Below, one piece after another: positions 21,430 through 22,942 of a DNA stretch of 22,942 nucleotides; position 1 is the stretch's first letter, and each line of letters begins with the position of its first letter. Source of the DNA: Trichinella spiralis (Eukaryota); the NCBI RefSeq assembly GCF_000181795.1, contig NW_003526941.1, positions 8,730,140-8,753,081 on the forward strand. The letters are read 5' to 3'. A program made the position numbers and the translations under genes. Below the pieces are notes generated by a model. That model did not search any database. It was not told the DNA's origin and saw only the letters and a list, made by a program, of their open reading frames with translations.

Positions 21430-22942
21430 CTGTCAGCATGAAAATAAAAGTGGAAATGAATGAAAATACAGTTAATTAGTTAGTTAGTTAGCTAATGCTT
21501 TTCTTAGGCTGCTCATTTGTAATGATCGAAACAAAGTTGCATGTATACTTCTATTGCTCGAAATACCATAAATTCTAGCATTCGGCTGAGCAATACGCAA
21601 TGTGCAATTGACATTCTACCTAAGCTAAGTTAAAATATTAACATTTGAAATTCATTCAGTGTTTTTTGTCGACAAAATTTTATACCTCTAGTACAATATT
21701 GATTGCGCCCCTATTCCACTTTTATTACTTGAAATTGTTTTTCACATTATGTTGCATATTGTTATCAAATATTCAATGTGGGAGAACAGTCAAATAATCA
21801 AATTGAAAATTTTTCTTCAGCATTGAATTAAAATACAAAGCAAAAATAAAATCATGGAAATATAATTAATAATTAAAAATACGGTAATATACAGTATACT
21901 TATTTCCAAATCACCGATAGAAGGTTACAACGTAGCAGACCAATCAGAGAAAAGCAAAGATCCTAACAATAGATCATATTTTCAATAAACTGTTGCGGTG
22001 CGTAGGAAATGTGCATGTAAGTGAAGAAAATTGTATCAAGGTATAAATTGAATATTAACACATATATTTTCTTGATATCTTTACATGATCGTGCCTATGT
22101 TTAAGTATTTGATTACTTTTTATTTTAATATGCACAGAAATTGAAAAAAAATAAATACATATTCTCAGTTTCATGATGTTAATTTAGTTGTTCAAAAACA
22201 TTCATGTTTCAATTTGTTATTAAGCTCAGCCGTCTAGATGTAAACGTAGAATACGTTCACTTGACACTTACATGTGGCATTGAATAGGTCGAATATCAAT
22301 CACTAAGCGCTTAGTATTTTCTATTATGCAAAACAACGAAATACCGTTTGTCGTGCAGAGAATCATTTAACTTTATATTATATTTTCAAAATGTAGATCA
22401 TCAGAGACATTTGGTAAATTAAGTTTTTTTGTCTGGTTAATTTTGTTTGTCAGTTAGCGCAGTTTAGTGTGCTTATATGTTGGTGAAAAGCGTTTTGCGA
22501 TGAGTTCCATTTATGTAGGGCATTTTTGATTTTTCAAATCTCAAATTCAAACAAGCGAAGGCGTGTTTTGACTAAGTCAATGTTTTGTTATGGGGTTTCT
22601 GTCAGATAGTTATATTTGACTGAATTCCAAAGTTAACGTCATTTTGATTTCCAAATACTGCCATGAGTGTTTAATTTTCAATTGGTCAAATTGCTTTGCA
22701 AATTAATACTTCATCTCTCTTCGTTTAACAAGTCACTACTTAATATAAAATGAGGATGCTTTTATTTTTTCTTCCATAGTTTTTAGTATTTAAATTATAT
22801 TTGGTAATAAAGATGAAACTATTGTTTCCGCAATGAGAATTGCTTTTACGTTTAACACGGTTACAGTTAAATTTTTTCTCAAATTCAATGCATTAGTTAA
22901 GTAAATAAAGCGCAATGAAAACAGTGGGATAGCGATATCTAT

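Noticed and set aside
21938..21948. GACCAATCAG CCAAT box
   Set aside because: Good NF-Y-like match, but no downstream gene is identifiable within the window.

Overview
AT-rich, gene-dense eukaryotic DNA with many short (50-100 nt) introns and TTTCAG/TTTAG acceptors. It looks like a nematode, most likely Trichinella or another clade I species (inference). Seven spliced protein-coding genes can be reconstructed by hand: RPLP0 (-, runs off the left end), a divergent RBBP4/LIN-53-like WD40 gene (+), SDHA (+), PISD (+), a small ZMAT5/U11-U12-20K-like gene that the ORF track does not capture (+), PDIA6 (-, ends in KDEL) and TAF4 (+). There is also a possible last exon of a minus-strand gene near 21.4 kb. 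The most notable observations are: (1) a GC-rich 64-nt 'intron' in the ZMAT5-like gene that still translates to a degenerate CCCH finger and allows two frame-compatible splice forms; (2) an ERSE-like CCAAT-N9-ACACG plus a UPRE-like TGACGTG just upstream of PDIA6; (3) operon-like SDHA-PISD-ZMAT5 packing; (4) two obligatory GC-AG introns; (5) possible alternative signal-peptide exons in PDIA6. No mobile element, CRISPR array or confident RNA gene was seen. Homologies come from recalled family sequences, not database searches.
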